Below, one piece after another: positions 42,553 to 54,492 of a stretch of 64,000 bases of DNA. The notes under the pieces were generated by a model. It saw only the letters and a list, made by a program, of their open reading frames with translations. It was not told the origin of the DNA and made no database searches. The stretch comes from Terriglobia bacterium (GTDB lineage: Bacteria > Acidobacteriota > Terriglobia > 2-12-FULL-54-10). Positions within the stretch are counted from its first letter, which is position 1. Every line of letters starts with the position of its first letter. The stretch lies in assembly GCA_963666975.2 (NCBI GenBank), contig CAXVYR010000003.1, positions 832,001 through 896,000 on the forward strand. The letters run 5' to 3'. The translations under genes and the position numbers were made by a program.

Positions 42553-43410
42553 TCAGTGGCCGGAACGTATGGCTTGTGCGCGGGCTAACAGTTTCTTTCC
42601 CTCGGAAACCCTCCCCAGCGCCATGTGGATACGTGCCATTTTTTCCAACATTCCGGCCACACGGGGATGGTGCGGTCCGAGCTGTTTTTCCACAATAGCG
42701 AGAGATTGTTTCACAAGGGGTTCTGGTGCGTGATAGTCCCGCTGTTGCTCATAAGCCGTGGCTAAGTTGTTCAGCGATTGGGCAACATCGAGATGATCCG
42801 AGCCGAGGAACTTTTCTCGGAGCTCCAGTGCTTGTCGGTAAAGAGGCTCCGCCTCCGCGGGTTTTCCTTGATCCTGGAACGTTCTCGCTTTTCGGTCCAG
42901 GGATTCAGCAATTGCCAGAGCGCGGGATCGGACGGCAATGCTGCGCGTCCGCACTTGTTCGGCTTCAATCTCCCGTCCCATGGCTCCATAAATTTGAGCC
43001 AGTTTTTCCAGAGTCGGTCCGACATTGGGATCGTCCGGACCGAAAATCGCCTCTCCGATGGCGAGCACGCGCCGATACAAAAGCTCCGCTTCTGCATGTC
43101 GGCGCTGCGAACCGTATAGTTCAGCCAAGTTCTTCAGGGCCGTAGCCAGATTATGCCTCTCCAGCTCTCCCGCGTTTTCCCAAATGGTGGCAGCCTGCTG
43201 ATAGAGGGGCACCGCTTCTTTACTCCCCCCCAGCGCTGTATAAATGTGTGCCAAGTTGTTTAGCGATTGTGCCACTTCGGGGTGGTTGGGCCCGAGAAGC
43301 TTTTTCTGAATGGCCAGAGCCTGCTCTTGGTAGGTTTCGGCACGCATGTAGTGCTGCCGGGCTTCTGACTCTCCAGAGGCGGGATTCATCCAGCACTGGT
43401 CCCCTTGCAC
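42553..43410 (-). pseudogene. Kinesin-light-chain-type TPR protein, probably N-truncated
   Basis: GPNHPEVAQSLNNLA repeats; 5' end abuts the truncated MTase. Confidence 0.75.
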
Positions 43411-46400
43411 TTCGTGCAGATGGGCGAGCCGGTCGATATCGTCGCCATCGAGGACCTACCGCGCCGCTATCCCGCCCTGAACTTCCTGTTTCCCGACAAC
43501 CCCGAGCCGGTCTTCGGCAACGACCTAGAGGCCGTGTCCCGCGATGCCGCCGATAAGGTAGCACGGCTTTTTAATATGCTCATAGAGCGTGGGGTGGACA
43601 GGGCCGAGGCACAACGCTTTGTCCTACAGGTCGTCATTGCCATGTTCGCCGAAGATATCGGCTTGCTCCCGGCAAGCATCGTCTACAACCTCGTGGATGA
43701 CTGTCTCCACAAAGGCCAGAGCGCCTATGACCTCTTCGGGTCGCTATTCCACCAGATGAATAGCACAAAGCCTGCCACCGGAGGACGCTTCCAGCATGTG
43801 CCGTATTTTGACGGCGGCATATTTCAGACGATTAATTTTATCGACCTGCAACCACCGGAGCTGCAGCTGATTGGCGGTGACGGTGGCGCGGCCACAAAGG
43901 ACTGGTCGAAGGTCAATCCCGCGATCTTCGGTACAATCTTCCAACAAAGCATGGATACTACAGAGCGCCATGCCTATGGCGCTCATTTCACATCCGAAGC
44001 AGACATCTTGCGCATTGTCACGCCCACCATTGCGCGTCCCTGGCGCGAGCGAATTGCAAAAGCATCGACAATGAAGAAACTGCTGGCGCTGCGCGCCCAG
44101 CTAATGAACTTCAAGGTGCTCGATCCAGCTTGCGGCAGCGGCAACTTCCTGTACCTGTCTTACCGCGAGCTGGTGCGCGTGGAGATCGCGCTCATGGCCA
44201 AGCTCAAGGATATGGTCAGTGAAAAGAATTTCCGTGAGCAGGCGAAAACCGTCTCTCTCATTAGCCCGCGCCAGTTCTATGGCATCGACCGCGATTCATT
44301 CGGTGTTGAGCTTGCAAAGGTCACCTTGATGCTCGCCAAAAAGCTGGCGCTCGATGAGGCAATCGAAGTCCTGAAACGCGAGCAGATCGAACTGCCGCTG
44401 TATGGCGATGAAGCCCTGCCGCTCGATAATCTCGACGCCAATGTGATCTGCGACGACGCGCTCTTTGCCGACTGGCCGGAGGTGGATGCCATCATCGGCA
44501 ATCCGCCGTATCAGAGCAAGAATAAGATGCAGCAGGAGCTGGGGCGGGCTTACGTGAACGAGGTGCGCGAGCACTTTCCTGATGTCGATGGCCGGGCGGA
44601 TTACTGCGTCTACTGGTTCCGTAAGGCTCACAATCACCTGAAAAAAGGACAGCGGGCGGGACTCGTTGGCACAAACACGATCCGCCAGAATTATTCGCGT
44701 ACCGGCGGCCTGGATTATATCGTCGGTAATGGCGGCACGATCACCGACGCCGTCTCCAGCATGAAATGGTCAGGCGAAGCCGTTGTGTTCGTGTCCATCG
44801 TAAACTGGATCAATGCCTCTCAGCCGGGCAACAAACGCCTTTACATGCAAGAGGGTAATGACCCCTCCCAGGGCTGGAGCTATAGCGATGTTGATACCAT
44901 CGGCCCAGCGCTATCGTTCGTCAAAGACGTAACTCAGGCCCGGATCATTCAAGCTAACGCAGCCCGCGGCGGCTGCTATCAAGGACAGACCCACGGACAT
45001 CAGGGGTTTCTCTTGACCCTCGAAGAGGCTAACGCAGAAATCTCAACCAACAAGCCCAGTGCCGACGTTCTGTTTCCGTATCTGATTGCCAATGAGCTGA
45101 TTGGCAAGAAGGACTCACTCCCCACGCGCTGTGTGATTGACTTTTACCCGCGTGAATTGCTCGAAGCTCAAACCTACAAGAGCCTCTTTGCACGCATTCA
45201 GAAACTTGTATTGCCTGATCGACAAAGTGCTGCGGACAAAGAGGAAGAGCGCAACACGGAAGCGCTAGCGGTCAATCCTGCCGCCAAGATCAATCACCAC
45301 CACGCGAACTTTCTTAAACGATGGTGGCAGCTTGCCTACCCACGGGACGATATGATCCATAGCGATTTCGCCACTTTCAATATATTGTTGTGAGGGAAGC
45401 AGCGTTTGGACTTCGTATCGAGAATCGTCCCATGCCAAAGCCCATTAGATCGTGAGGAACCCATGATCTTCCGGAAATTCTTCTCGGTCAGCAGAAACGC
45501 TCCTGCCACCCAGCGCAACGTCATCTCGCCGTCGCGCCAGCGGCAAACATTGCCAGTCTTTTTCCGCACGCCCGACTGCGGGCTCTCGATGAGGTTCGTG
45601 GTTGCCAGGCAGCGGTGGAGGCTGGGAGGAACGTCGGCTCGATTGATCGTAAAGGTCTCCTCCAACCCTTCGCGCAAGCTGGCGGCTGCTGCCGGATGAT
45701 CGCACTCGATCATCCCAGCGAGCTTTTTTATGCGCACGATGCCTTCCTCGGCTTGGGGCAATCGCCAGGCGGCGCGCATCAGCGACCGCACCTGATTCGC
45801 CAGCATTTTGTCGCCCTTTGGTAACCGCTCAGCCACGTTGCGCAGCTTATGAGTACGGCAACGCTGCACCAGCTGATTGCTGCCGAATACTTCCTCGATC
45901 CCCGCGCGGAGCGCTTTGGCGCCGTCGATCACAAACAGATAGCGCTGATCCGTGCGCAAACCTTGCTGGCGCAGGCGGGTGAGAAGGTCTTTCACCGCAG
46001 CGGCGTTTTCGGTCGCGCCCAGTTGAATCCCCAGCACATGCTTGCGGCCCTCGCTGTCCACGCCCACGGCGCTGATGACGTGGTGGGAGCCGAACCGCAT
46101 TCCGTCCAGGTAAATCACCAGAATCTCGACCTCCTCCCAGCGCCGCGCCAACAGTTCTTCCAGCCGCCGCGCTCCTTGCTCGGCCGCTTCCCGGCTCACC
46201 TGAGACTTCGACACCCCAGCGCTGTTGGCCATCTCCGGGATCACCTCGCGGTAGTTCCGCGTCGAAACCCCTTTCAACAGTGCCTCGAACATCTCCTCGC
46301 CCGTCTTCTCGCTTTTCCGCAGTGCTTCGTAGGCCGGCACCGCTTCTTCCCCTCCGCCCTTCCGGCGCAGCCGGGGCCGCTCCACCCGCAGCTGGCGATC

Positions 46401-47470
46401 GGCCAGTTTCACCCTCCCCAATTGCCGGCCATGCCAGCGCACCTCTCCGCTCGCCTTCCCGGGACTCTTTGGCCCCGCGATTTGCTCTGCGCTCATGCTC
46501 AGAATCGTTTCAATCAAACCTCGCCCGGCCCGATCAATCACCTCATCCACCGCCAGACGCGCCTCCGTGATCAGATCCACCACCGGCAACAGCATCTGTC
46601 CGTTGGTTTGGCAAAACTTCTGGATGGTTTCTTCGGCTCCCTTGGAACCCAGTTCCAAAACGTGATATTTTCCCTTCATTCGGCGGTTCTCCTTCTATAG
46701 GATTTAGGCTTGGCCCGATTCTATTCGATTCGGGCCGAACCGCCGTTCAACCTTCAACTATGTATGGCGACACCCTCAACTTTCTTAAACGATGGTGGCA
46801 GCTTGCCTACCCACGGGACGATATGATCCAAGCGATTTCAGCTCTTGATCAATATATTGTATGTGGCCGGGTCACATCTAGGCCTATCTTTGAGTTTGTA
46901 TCAACGACAATCCGTCCGAACGACGCGCTGATGGTGTTCCCTTATGATGATGACTATTCGTTCGGAATATTACAGTCAGAGATTCACTGGCTCTGGTTCG
47001 TTAATCGCTGTTCAACGCTAAAAGGCGACCCGCGCTACACGTCAAACACTGTCTTTGACTCTTTTCCCCGGCCTCAAGGCCCCACGGTCAAAGCAGTGCA
47101 AAGGGCCGCTCAGGCAGGCGCTGAATTGCGGGCGCTGCGGAGGGAACTGAAACACCAGCATGACATGTCATTTCGGGAGCTTTACCGGACGCTTGAACTG
47201 CCCGGAGCGTCACCGCTCAAGGATGCGCACGGGAAGCTGGACCATGCGGTGCGCGATTGCTACGGCATGAAGAAGTCAGATGATCCGCTCGCCTTTCTGC
47301 TCGACCTCAATCAGACCGTAGCCAACCGGGAGGACGCCGGAGATTCCGTGGTCGGACCCGGCCTTCCGCCGGTCGTGAAGGACAATTCCAAATTGGTGAC
47401 GGATGACTGCATCAGAATGCCGAATGGTGTAATTGAACCCGACGCTGCTACCCTCGCGGAAGGATCGTAA
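43405..47470 (+). pseudogene. MmeI-like (type IIL/IIG) adenine methyltransferase / R-M enzyme, N-truncated and IS256-interrupted
   Basis: W.KVNPAIFG.IFQ, GAHFT, VLDPACGSGNFL, IIGNPPY; C-terminal RYT..VFDSFP..LKDAH.KLD.AV resumes at 46778. Confidence 0.85.
45315..46777 (-). mobile_element. IS256-family element copy 2 (transposase 45336-46679; right end garbled)
   Basis: Near-identical to copy 1; left end at 46777; candidate TSD AACTTTCT at 45307-45314 and 46778-46785. Confidence 0.88.
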
Positions 47471-47475
47471 TGTTA

Positions 47476-47911
47476 GAAGCTGCAGCGGTGGCCTCTCTTG
47501 GTGCTTCAACACCTTGCGAAAGAAGCGCTTGGCGGCTCTCTTGTCTCGGTGGCGTGTGACCAAAATATCCAGGACATCGCCGTCCTGGTCCACCGCTCTC
47601 CAAAGATAATGCCGCTCGCCGCGGATCGTGATGAACAGCTCGTCCACATGCCAGATGTCACCGAGACGACCTTGTCGCCGCCGCAGAGTTCGGGTGTACT
47701 CCGGTCCAAACTTCCGGCACCAAGATCGGATGGCTTCGTAGGACACCGTGACGCCACGCTCGGCGAGAAGGTCCTCGCAATCGCGAAAGCTGAGCGTGAA
47801 CCGATGATACAGCCAAACGGCATGGCTGATGATTTCGGGTGGAAACCGGTGCCGTCGATACAGTGATCCCATCGGTCGATTGTCGCCGACGGACGTTAAC
47901 TTGACAATGCC
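47476..47911 (-). mobile_element. Truncated IS6-family element
   Basis: YRRHRFPPEII..VWLY, WHVDE, YLWRAVDQDG; end ggcattgtcaagtt at 47898-47911. Confidence 0.85.
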
Positions 47912-48074
47912 CCGCGAGGGGCGCTCCTGACTGATCCTGCACTGTACCTCGCAGCGTCGCTATGCTCCCCTGTGCCAACGCCCCCACACTTGCCCAGAAA
48001 TGCAGCGTGATCAGAAGCACTGCCGAAAGAATCAAACCTTGCGCTACTGACTTGGATGCGTGCATGCTCCGCAC
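47912..48074 (-). pseudogene. N-terminal stub of a TonB-dependent receptor / carboxypeptidase-regulatory domain, cut by IS6
   Basis: Signal peptide plus AQGSIATLRGTVQDQSGAPL ending at the IS6 end. Confidence 0.65.
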
Positions 48075-48272
48075 TTCCTCGAAAAGGCTGGCCTCAATCT
48101 ATAAAAACTAGAGACGCTCTAATGGGAGCACTTGATAGGTGACGGTGTGAACGAATCTGCCACCGGACCGTCCATGGCTCTGTTCATACGATCTGTGAGG
48201 CGTACAAAACGTCTTTCGGTCCACGAGTCTCGGGACCTGCCATCAATAATCAACCCAGAGTAATAGCACTAA

Positions 48273-48402
48273 CAGCTTGTTGAAAAATCATTTTCGCCTG
48301 CCCGAAAACCACTTTTCTGAAATGCCGTCGAACGAAGAATCAATGGGTTACAACGATTTACGTGCTCGTAGCGTCGTTCAAAATTCTTTTTTCAACAAGC
48401 TG
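48273..48402. mobile_element. 130-bp MITE (IS5-like ends)
   Basis: Perfect 15-bp TIR cagcttgttgaaaaa/tttttcaacaagctg flanked by CTAA on both sides. Confidence 0.8.
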
Positions 48403-48556
48403 CTAAGGCTCGTTTCCCATCTACACAGTTCGTTGAAAAATGGTTTCGAAAGGGCTCACAAGACACTGTCAATTCTTGCACGTTGTTGATTCTTTGTTCA
48501 ACGGACACCGGGAAACACTGATTTCGAGCCATTCCAAATAGTTTTCCAACAAACTC

Positions 48557-50392
48557 CTAGAAGATCGGAGAGCGGTAAACTACCCGACCGTCCACTGCGG
48601 TTAGTAGGGTGTTGATATTGACGATTTCTCTTTCCGGAATCGAAAAATAATCCTTATCAATAACGATAAAATCAGCCAATTTCCCTGGCTCGAGAGAACC
48701 CAGCCGGTCGCCGCGAAGAAGGAATTCTGCGGGCCAATTCGTCCAAGCCCGCAAAGCTGTAATGCGGTCGATTCTTTCTTCCGGACTGTAAACTCTTCCA
48801 TTGATCTCTCGGGTCACCCAGGTACCCACCCAAGGCCAAACAGAGTTCCGGTAACTTCGCGGCCAGTTATTGGACCACAAAGATTCACCTATAAATACTT
48901 CTTCGGTGTCGGCATCGGGTGCCAGGCCTATGTGGGCATCTGATGATAAGAAGATGCGTGCGCCGGCGTCCAAGAAACTTTTAACCGGCATTACCCATTT
49001 TAAGTATTGCTCTCCATAATCTTCAATGACCCCGGGTGCCGTACTCGCAAGCTGGGTGGCTTGAAAATTCATCCAGAAGCCATAATGAGCAAAAATTGGA
49101 ATTTGATCTGGCCTGATGATATTGGCGTGATCGAAGCCCATCTTCAGATCTCGAATCTGCTCCAAGGTCGTGCTTTTGTTTCTGATCGCCGTTTCCATGA
49201 TTCGAAAAGCGGCGTCCAAAGCCCGGTCGGTCATCGCATGAACATTGGCCAGCCTCAAGCCGGTCTCCACCGCCGCTAAATGCCCCTGATAATATTTGGA
49301 CTGCGGCAAAATCCCCTGGCAGGCACCCTGAATACGTTTTCGGTCTCGTTCTTGGAGTTCAGGAGTCTTGGCAGGTGCTGTAGGCGGACATCCGGTGCTG
49401 GCCCAGCCCTCATACCCGACGCCGAAATTCCATAGATAATCACTGCCCTGACCGAGAAAGTTGCCGAGCAGTTTGTAATACTCGGCTGGATCTTTCCCCA
49501 AAAATCCACTTTGGTGGTTCCACGCCCAACGCACGGGCATTCTTCCTTGCCGGTCCAAGAGGTTTAACGCATTGTAGATTCCCACATTCTCTTCGCTGTG
49601 GCTAGCTATCGTAGTAACTCCAAAGGATGCCGTTTCTTTCAATTCGTGCAATAACATGTCACCAATTTTCTGCGGATCTGCCCCCAGAATAATGCCGTAA
49701 ACAGTGTCGTACCAGATCCGAAGTCCTGTCTGCTCATATCCCAATTTGTCGAGCATGATCTGTTTAGCTTTGGAATTTGCATACCCGGTGAAAAAGCCTG
49801 CCGTCAGTGCCACCGGGGTGTCGGGAGCTATTCGGTCCAGATCCGCGCGTGCAAGCCCTTCCGGCGATTCAACCAAAAGCTCGTCCATTTCGTGAGGGAT
49901 AGCAACCATAATCCACTTTTCTGGACCGTTCTGTTGGATTCGGCGTCGAATTGCCGGTCCCAATTTCTCTGCCACCTCAGCGATCGTCTTGCCGGGAATA
50001 TAGAGCGGGATGAGACTTTCATCATATTGGCCTCCCCATTGCCACAGACCCCATAAGTGAGGGTGTGAATGGGCGTCGATCATCCCTGGGAGCACCGTTC
50101 TTCCTCTCGCGTTGATCAATTCTGTTTGTGGTCCGGCCAGTTCTTTGATTTCCTGATCGGTGCCCAGCTTCCAGATCTTATTACCCCGGACGGCCATCGC
50201 CTGATGATTGGCTAGATTCTGATCCATAGTGGCAATCTTTCCGTTATGCACAATCAAGGTGGGATAGACCGCCAACTTCTCCAAGGTAGCCATAGATGGG
50301 GTTTGAGCTTGAACTTTTGCCGGTGCCAGCAGAAAAATCATGACAATTGCCAGCCAGGTCGAAGCAGTTGATAAAGTTCCTTCTTTTTTCAT
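48557..50392 (-). CDS. Secreted amidohydrolase-3 (YtcJ-like), paralog B
   Basis: Signal peptide VQA, HNGKIATMD, PGMIDAHSH, HAMTD, FDH, SSDAH, GSLEPGKLADF. Confidence 0.88.
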   Translation of the reverse strand: MKKEGTLSTASTWLAIVMIFLLAPAKVQAQTPSMATLEKLAVYPTLIVHNGKIATMDQNLANHQAMAVRGNKIWKLGTDQEIKELAGPQTELINARGRTVLPGMIDAHSHPHLWGLWQWGGQYDESLIPLYIPGKTIAEVAEKLGPAIRRRIQQNGPEKWIMVAIPHEMDELLVESPEGLARADLDRIAPDTPVALTAGFFTGYANSKAKQIMLDKLGYEQTGLRIWYDTVYGIILGADPQKIGDMLLHELKETASFGVTTIASHSEENVGIYNALNLLDRQGRMPVRWAWNHQSGFLGKDPAEYYKLLGNFLGQGSDYLWNFGVGYEGWASTGCPPTAPAKTPELQERDRKRIQGACQGILPQSKYYQGHLAAVETGLRLANVHAMTDRALDAAFRIMETAIRNKSTTLEQIRDLKMGFDHANIIRPDQIPIFAHYGFWMNFQATQLASTAPGVIEDYGEQYLKWVMPVKSFLDAGARIFLSSDAHIGLAPDADTEEVFIGESLWSNNWPRSYRNSVWPWVGTWVTREINGRVYSPEERIDRITALRAWTNWPAEFLLRGDRLGSLEPGKLADFIVIDKDYFSIPEREIVNINTLLTAVDGRVVYRSPIF

Positions 50393-50460
50393 AATTCACC
50401 TTCCTACGCAATGTGATTTCGTTCAATCGCTAACCAGACGAACCAAATTTGTGGAGACAA

Positions 50461-52326
50461 TTAATAACCGGGATCTTTGAAGACTACCCTCCCCCCAATT
50501 ACTGTCATCAGTGTCTTGATATTGAGAATTTCCTCTTCAGGGATCGTGAAGTAATCCTTGTCGATGACCACAAAATCGGCGAGCTTGCCCGGTTCCAATG
50601 ATCCAAGTAGATCCCAACGCAGCAGGTACTGTGCGCCTCCGTTTGTCCAGCCTCGCAGGGCAGTAATCCGGTCGATTCTTTCCTCCGGTACCCATACCTG
50701 TCCGTCAAGTTCCCGCGTCACCCACCAGCCCACCCACGGCCAAACAGAGTCCCGATAGGGAAACCCCGCAGCCAAGTCGTTCCAAAACCGCTCCCCTTTG
50801 TCCGGAAGTGTACCGACGTGAGTATCGGTTCCAAAAACCACCCGCGCGCCCGCGTCGATCAGACTCTTAAGCGGTGCCCTCCACTTCAAATGGTCCTCGT
50901 CCCACAGATTCTCAACAGTTGACCATGCAACTTGGCTCGCTGATCCTGCAAAATGGCACGGTTGAAAATTCAACCAAAAACCGTATTTCACTAAGTTGGG
51001 AATTTGATCTGGCCGAATCCACATATTATGATCAAAGCCCCACCCGGGCTCTCGAATGTTCTTAAGGGTGGTCGCTCCTGAACGAATCAGCTCATCCGCG
51101 AGAGCAATGGCCCTTTCATAACCCAGGTCCCCCGTCAGAGCGTGCACGTCGACCAGACGCAAGCCCGCTTTTGCCGCAGCCAAGTGGCCTTGGTAGCTCT
51201 TCGACTCTCTCGGGATGCACGGATTGTACTTCAAGCGATCTTCTACCTGCTGGGCAGTTTCATTCTTCCGCTTGGCTGACAGGCAGTCTCCAAACGCATC
51301 CCAAGGTTCCCAACCAACTCCGAAATTCCACAGATAGTCGCTGCCTTGGCCAGCAAAATTGCCAAGAAGACGATAGAATTCCGCCGGATCCTTGCCAAAA
51401 AACCCGCTTTCGTGTGACCAAGCAAAGCGGTGTGGCAGGCTACCTTGCTTATCCATCATGTTGAGAGCATTGAAGACTTCAACGTTCAGTTCACCATGCG
51501 TCCCAATCGTCGTAATGCCATACCCAGCAAATTCCTTCATTTCTCGGCCTATCAGGTCGGCCGCCTTTTCAGTCTGGCCAGCCAGGATAATGCCGTAAGT
51601 GGTGTCGTATTCCACACGAACGCCAACCTGCTCATAACCCAGCTTCTCAATCATGATTTCTTTCGCCTTGGTGTTGCCGAAAGCCTGGCAACAACCCGAT
51701 ATCACCACGGTAGGGGTGTTGGGCGCGATCTCATCCATGATGTCACGTGTAATAAGGCCCCCACCAGAACGCGGGGTAGAGTCCGCATTGATGGGATGGC
51801 TGATCAGATTGCTTGCTCGGAACTTATGCGGCACCACGGTGTAGACCCACTTGTCCTCTCCCCGTTGCTGGATGCGCGCTTTCAATGCCGACGCATAGTT
51901 TTCCACTACCTCTTCCGGAGTCTCTCCGTCCACGTACACGGGCTCCAATTGTGGGTCGATGTCTCCCCCATGATGCCACAAGGCCCACATCTGAGGGTGT
52001 GTGTGCACATCAATCAGACCGGGCGTCACCGTCCGGCCTTTTAGGTCAATCAATTGTGTTTGCGGTCCAGCCAGTTCTTTGATCTCCTGGTCTGTCCCGA
52101 GCCTCCAAATCTTGTCGTCCCGAATAGCCATGGCTTGATAAAAGGTCAGGTTCTGGTCCATCGTGGCGATCTTCCCGTTGTACACAATCAGGGTGGGAAA
52201 GACGGCTAACTTATCTAAGACGGCCCTGGACGGGGATTGCGCCTGAGCACTCTTCGCCGCCAAGTAGCTCACGGAGACAAGAAGTAAGAAAGTTATGAGA
52301 GTTGGAACCAAGCTAGATTTTCTCAT
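50461..52326 (-). CDS. Secreted amidohydrolase-3, paralog C
   Basis: MRKSS signal peptide AQA, PGLIDVHTH, HALTGD, FDH, GTDTH, GSLEPGKLADF. Confidence 0.88.
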   Translation of the reverse strand: MRKSSLVPTLITFLLLVSVSYLAAKSAQAQSPSRAVLDKLAVFPTLIVYNGKIATMDQNLTFYQAMAIRDDKIWRLGTDQEIKELAGPQTQLIDLKGRTVTPGLIDVHTHPQMWALWHHGGDIDPQLEPVYVDGETPEEVVENYASALKARIQQRGEDKWVYTVVPHKFRASNLISHPINADSTPRSGGGLITRDIMDEIAPNTPTVVISGCCQAFGNTKAKEIMIEKLGYEQVGVRVEYDTTYGIILAGQTEKAADLIGREMKEFAGYGITTIGTHGELNVEVFNALNMMDKQGSLPHRFAWSHESGFFGKDPAEFYRLLGNFAGQGSDYLWNFGVGWEPWDAFGDCLSAKRKNETAQQVEDRLKYNPCIPRESKSYQGHLAAAKAGLRLVDVHALTGDLGYERAIALADELIRSGATTLKNIREPGWGFDHNMWIRPDQIPNLVKYGFWLNFQPCHFAGSASQVAWSTVENLWDEDHLKWRAPLKSLIDAGARVVFGTDTHVGTLPDKGERFWNDLAAGFPYRDSVWPWVGWWVTRELDGQVWVPEERIDRITALRGWTNGGAQYLLRWDLLGSLEPGKLADFVVIDKDYFTIPEEEILNIKTLMTVIGGRVVFKDPGY

Positions 52327-52456
52327 GATTTTTCCTCCTAACAAGTTGTTGTGCTAGTAGAGTTGGAAGAGAAGGCAAAGCGACACGCTGACGCCACGTT
52401 TTCCTGCCCTTCTTCGGAGCTACACTAATAACCGCTTATTCTGGGTGGCTGCGATT

Positions 52457-54337
52457 TCAGTAGTTCGGAGCCTTGAACACTGTCTTCCCTCCCACGGCGG
52501 TCAACAGGTTCTGGATAGTGTGGATTTGGTCCTCGGGAATCGTGAAATAGTCCTTGTCAATAACGATGAAATCGGCCAGCTTCCCCACCTCCAGCGAACC
52601 AATATCTTTCTCTCGTAACACTTGGTAAGCTGGGTTGATAGTCACCGCCTTCATCAGATCAACCCGATCCATCCGCTCATTTTGGTCGTAAGTAACCCCC
52701 TCATTAGGCATCCGGCGGGTCAGAAAGAACTCCACATAGGGCCAAATCGAGCCATCCCACTCATTGGCGTAGTTCATGTCCTTGAACTCAATAGGAACTT
52801 TGGTTAAGTGCGCATCGGTAGACATCACTACCCGAACCCCCGCGTCTGCCATGGCCTTCATCGGTTCCAGCCAGCCCATGTATTTCTCGCCATAGGTTTG
52901 CAGAAACGGCCCACCATAACTGGACTGCTGAACCCGAAAGCCGCTAAAATTGGGTATGATCCCATACTTAGCTAACGTGGGGCCCTGCTCGGGGCGGATC
53001 ACCGCATTGTGCTCAAACTGAATCCGCGCGGCTTGGACTTCCTCCAGGGTAAGCTTGCCCTCGGCTATCAGACCCTCCAGCATTCGGAATACGATATCGT
53101 AAGTCCCATCGGTGTAGTTGTGCATATACGCCATTCGTAGACCCGCTTCCAACCCTGCCCGCACATTGCGGTAACCCCCAGTGTTCTCATAATCTCTGGA
53201 GTCAGAACAGGGACCGGGACCACTTATCGGTTTGTTGGAGTCGAGGGGCTGGGCTTTGGTACAGCGAAGACCAGGAATACCACCTTCCCAACCTTCATTG
53301 GAAACTCCGGCATTCCAAATATAATCGTTCCCGATCCCCCGGAAGTCGCCCAGGTTGCGATAAAAGAAACTGAGATCGTTGTCATCATTGTTCCAAAGGG
53401 TGCCCACGTACCAAGCCCATCGCACGGGCAGCTCGCCCCGCTGGTAGAGCAGATTGTAGATTTTCATGATGGAGGGGGTACCGTAATAATGGTTGGCGAA
53501 GGTCGTGACTCCTTTAGCAGCCACACATTGCAACAGTTCCCGCTTCAGGAAGTCCATCTTCTCCTCTGTTCGCCCCCGGAAAAGAATGTCATAAGTGACT
53601 GGAGTCCGCGCCCTTAAGCCTACTTCTTCCCGACCCAGGAACTTTATCATCTCCTCCTTGGCTTTGGTGTTGTTGGCCGCAGGCCCAACAGCCTGTCCGG
53701 TCATCACCATGAGGGGGTTGTTCGGTGCCAGCGTGTCCAAATACTCTCTGGTAATTGTGCCCCGAAAGAGAGGGTCTACAATCTCTCGTGATTTGGGCAG
53801 GCTGTCCTTGCCGGCAAACACGAAAACCCAAATCCACTTGCCGGGGCCTAATTCTTGTGCCCTCTGTCGAACTACCCGTTCCAAGGACCGCAGCACTTCA
53901 GCTTGGTCCTTCCCCTTGGCGGCAACAATCTTCAGTTGGGGATCGTTGTATTTCTTGGAGATAAACTCCCCTTCCGCGCCCAACCAGTGCCCCACAGCCC
54001 AGACATGTGGATGGGTGTGGCCTTCAATCAAGCCCGGGAGCACTGTCCGGCCCTTCGCGTCCAGGACCTCAGTGTTCGGACCAGCCAGAAACCGGATGTC
54101 ATTATTGCGGCCCAGCGCCAGAATCCGGTTATTCCTGACCGCCATGGCCTCTACCTCGGTTAGCTGTTCATCCATAGTGGCAATCTTGCCATTGACCACA
54201 ATGAGGTCTGGATAGGCGTTGAGCCGCTCCAGTTTACTCATCAAATCGGCCGCACTTTGCCCGTGCACCCTCCCGGGCACGAGAAGAATAACAAGGGCCA
54301 ACAAAATCGACCCGCTCAAAGAGCCCATTTTTTTCAT
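52457..54337 (-). CDS. Secreted amidohydrolase-3, paralog D
   Basis: Signal peptide, PGLIEGHTH, HNYTD, FEH, STDAH, GSLEVGKLADF. Confidence 0.88.
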   Translation of the reverse strand: MKKMGSLSGSILLALVILLVPGRVHGQSAADLMSKLERLNAYPDLIVVNGKIATMDEQLTEVEAMAVRNNRILALGRNNDIRFLAGPNTEVLDAKGRTVLPGLIEGHTHPHVWAVGHWLGAEGEFISKKYNDPQLKIVAAKGKDQAEVLRSLERVVRQRAQELGPGKWIWVFVFAGKDSLPKSREIVDPLFRGTITREYLDTLAPNNPLMVMTGQAVGPAANNTKAKEEMIKFLGREEVGLRARTPVTYDILFRGRTEEKMDFLKRELLQCVAAKGVTTFANHYYGTPSIMKIYNLLYQRGELPVRWAWYVGTLWNNDDNDLSFFYRNLGDFRGIGNDYIWNAGVSNEGWEGGIPGLRCTKAQPLDSNKPISGPGPCSDSRDYENTGGYRNVRAGLEAGLRMAYMHNYTDGTYDIVFRMLEGLIAEGKLTLEEVQAARIQFEHNAVIRPEQGPTLAKYGIIPNFSGFRVQQSSYGGPFLQTYGEKYMGWLEPMKAMADAGVRVVMSTDAHLTKVPIEFKDMNYANEWDGSIWPYVEFFLTRRMPNEGVTYDQNERMDRVDLMKAVTINPAYQVLREKDIGSLEVGKLADFIVIDKDYFTIPEDQIHTIQNLLTAVGGKTVFKAPNY

Positions 54338-54492
54338 GCCTTTCCTCGTTTTTCAAACGTCTTTGAACGTAGTTAATCTCCCGAGAAGATCTTTTCGGAC
54401 TCCTCACGGTTTGCTGCAGGCACGCTTCCGATCCTCAGGACACGGAATTATGGTACTTTGTCAAGCCGATAACCACAGTTAGTAATCGGGAG

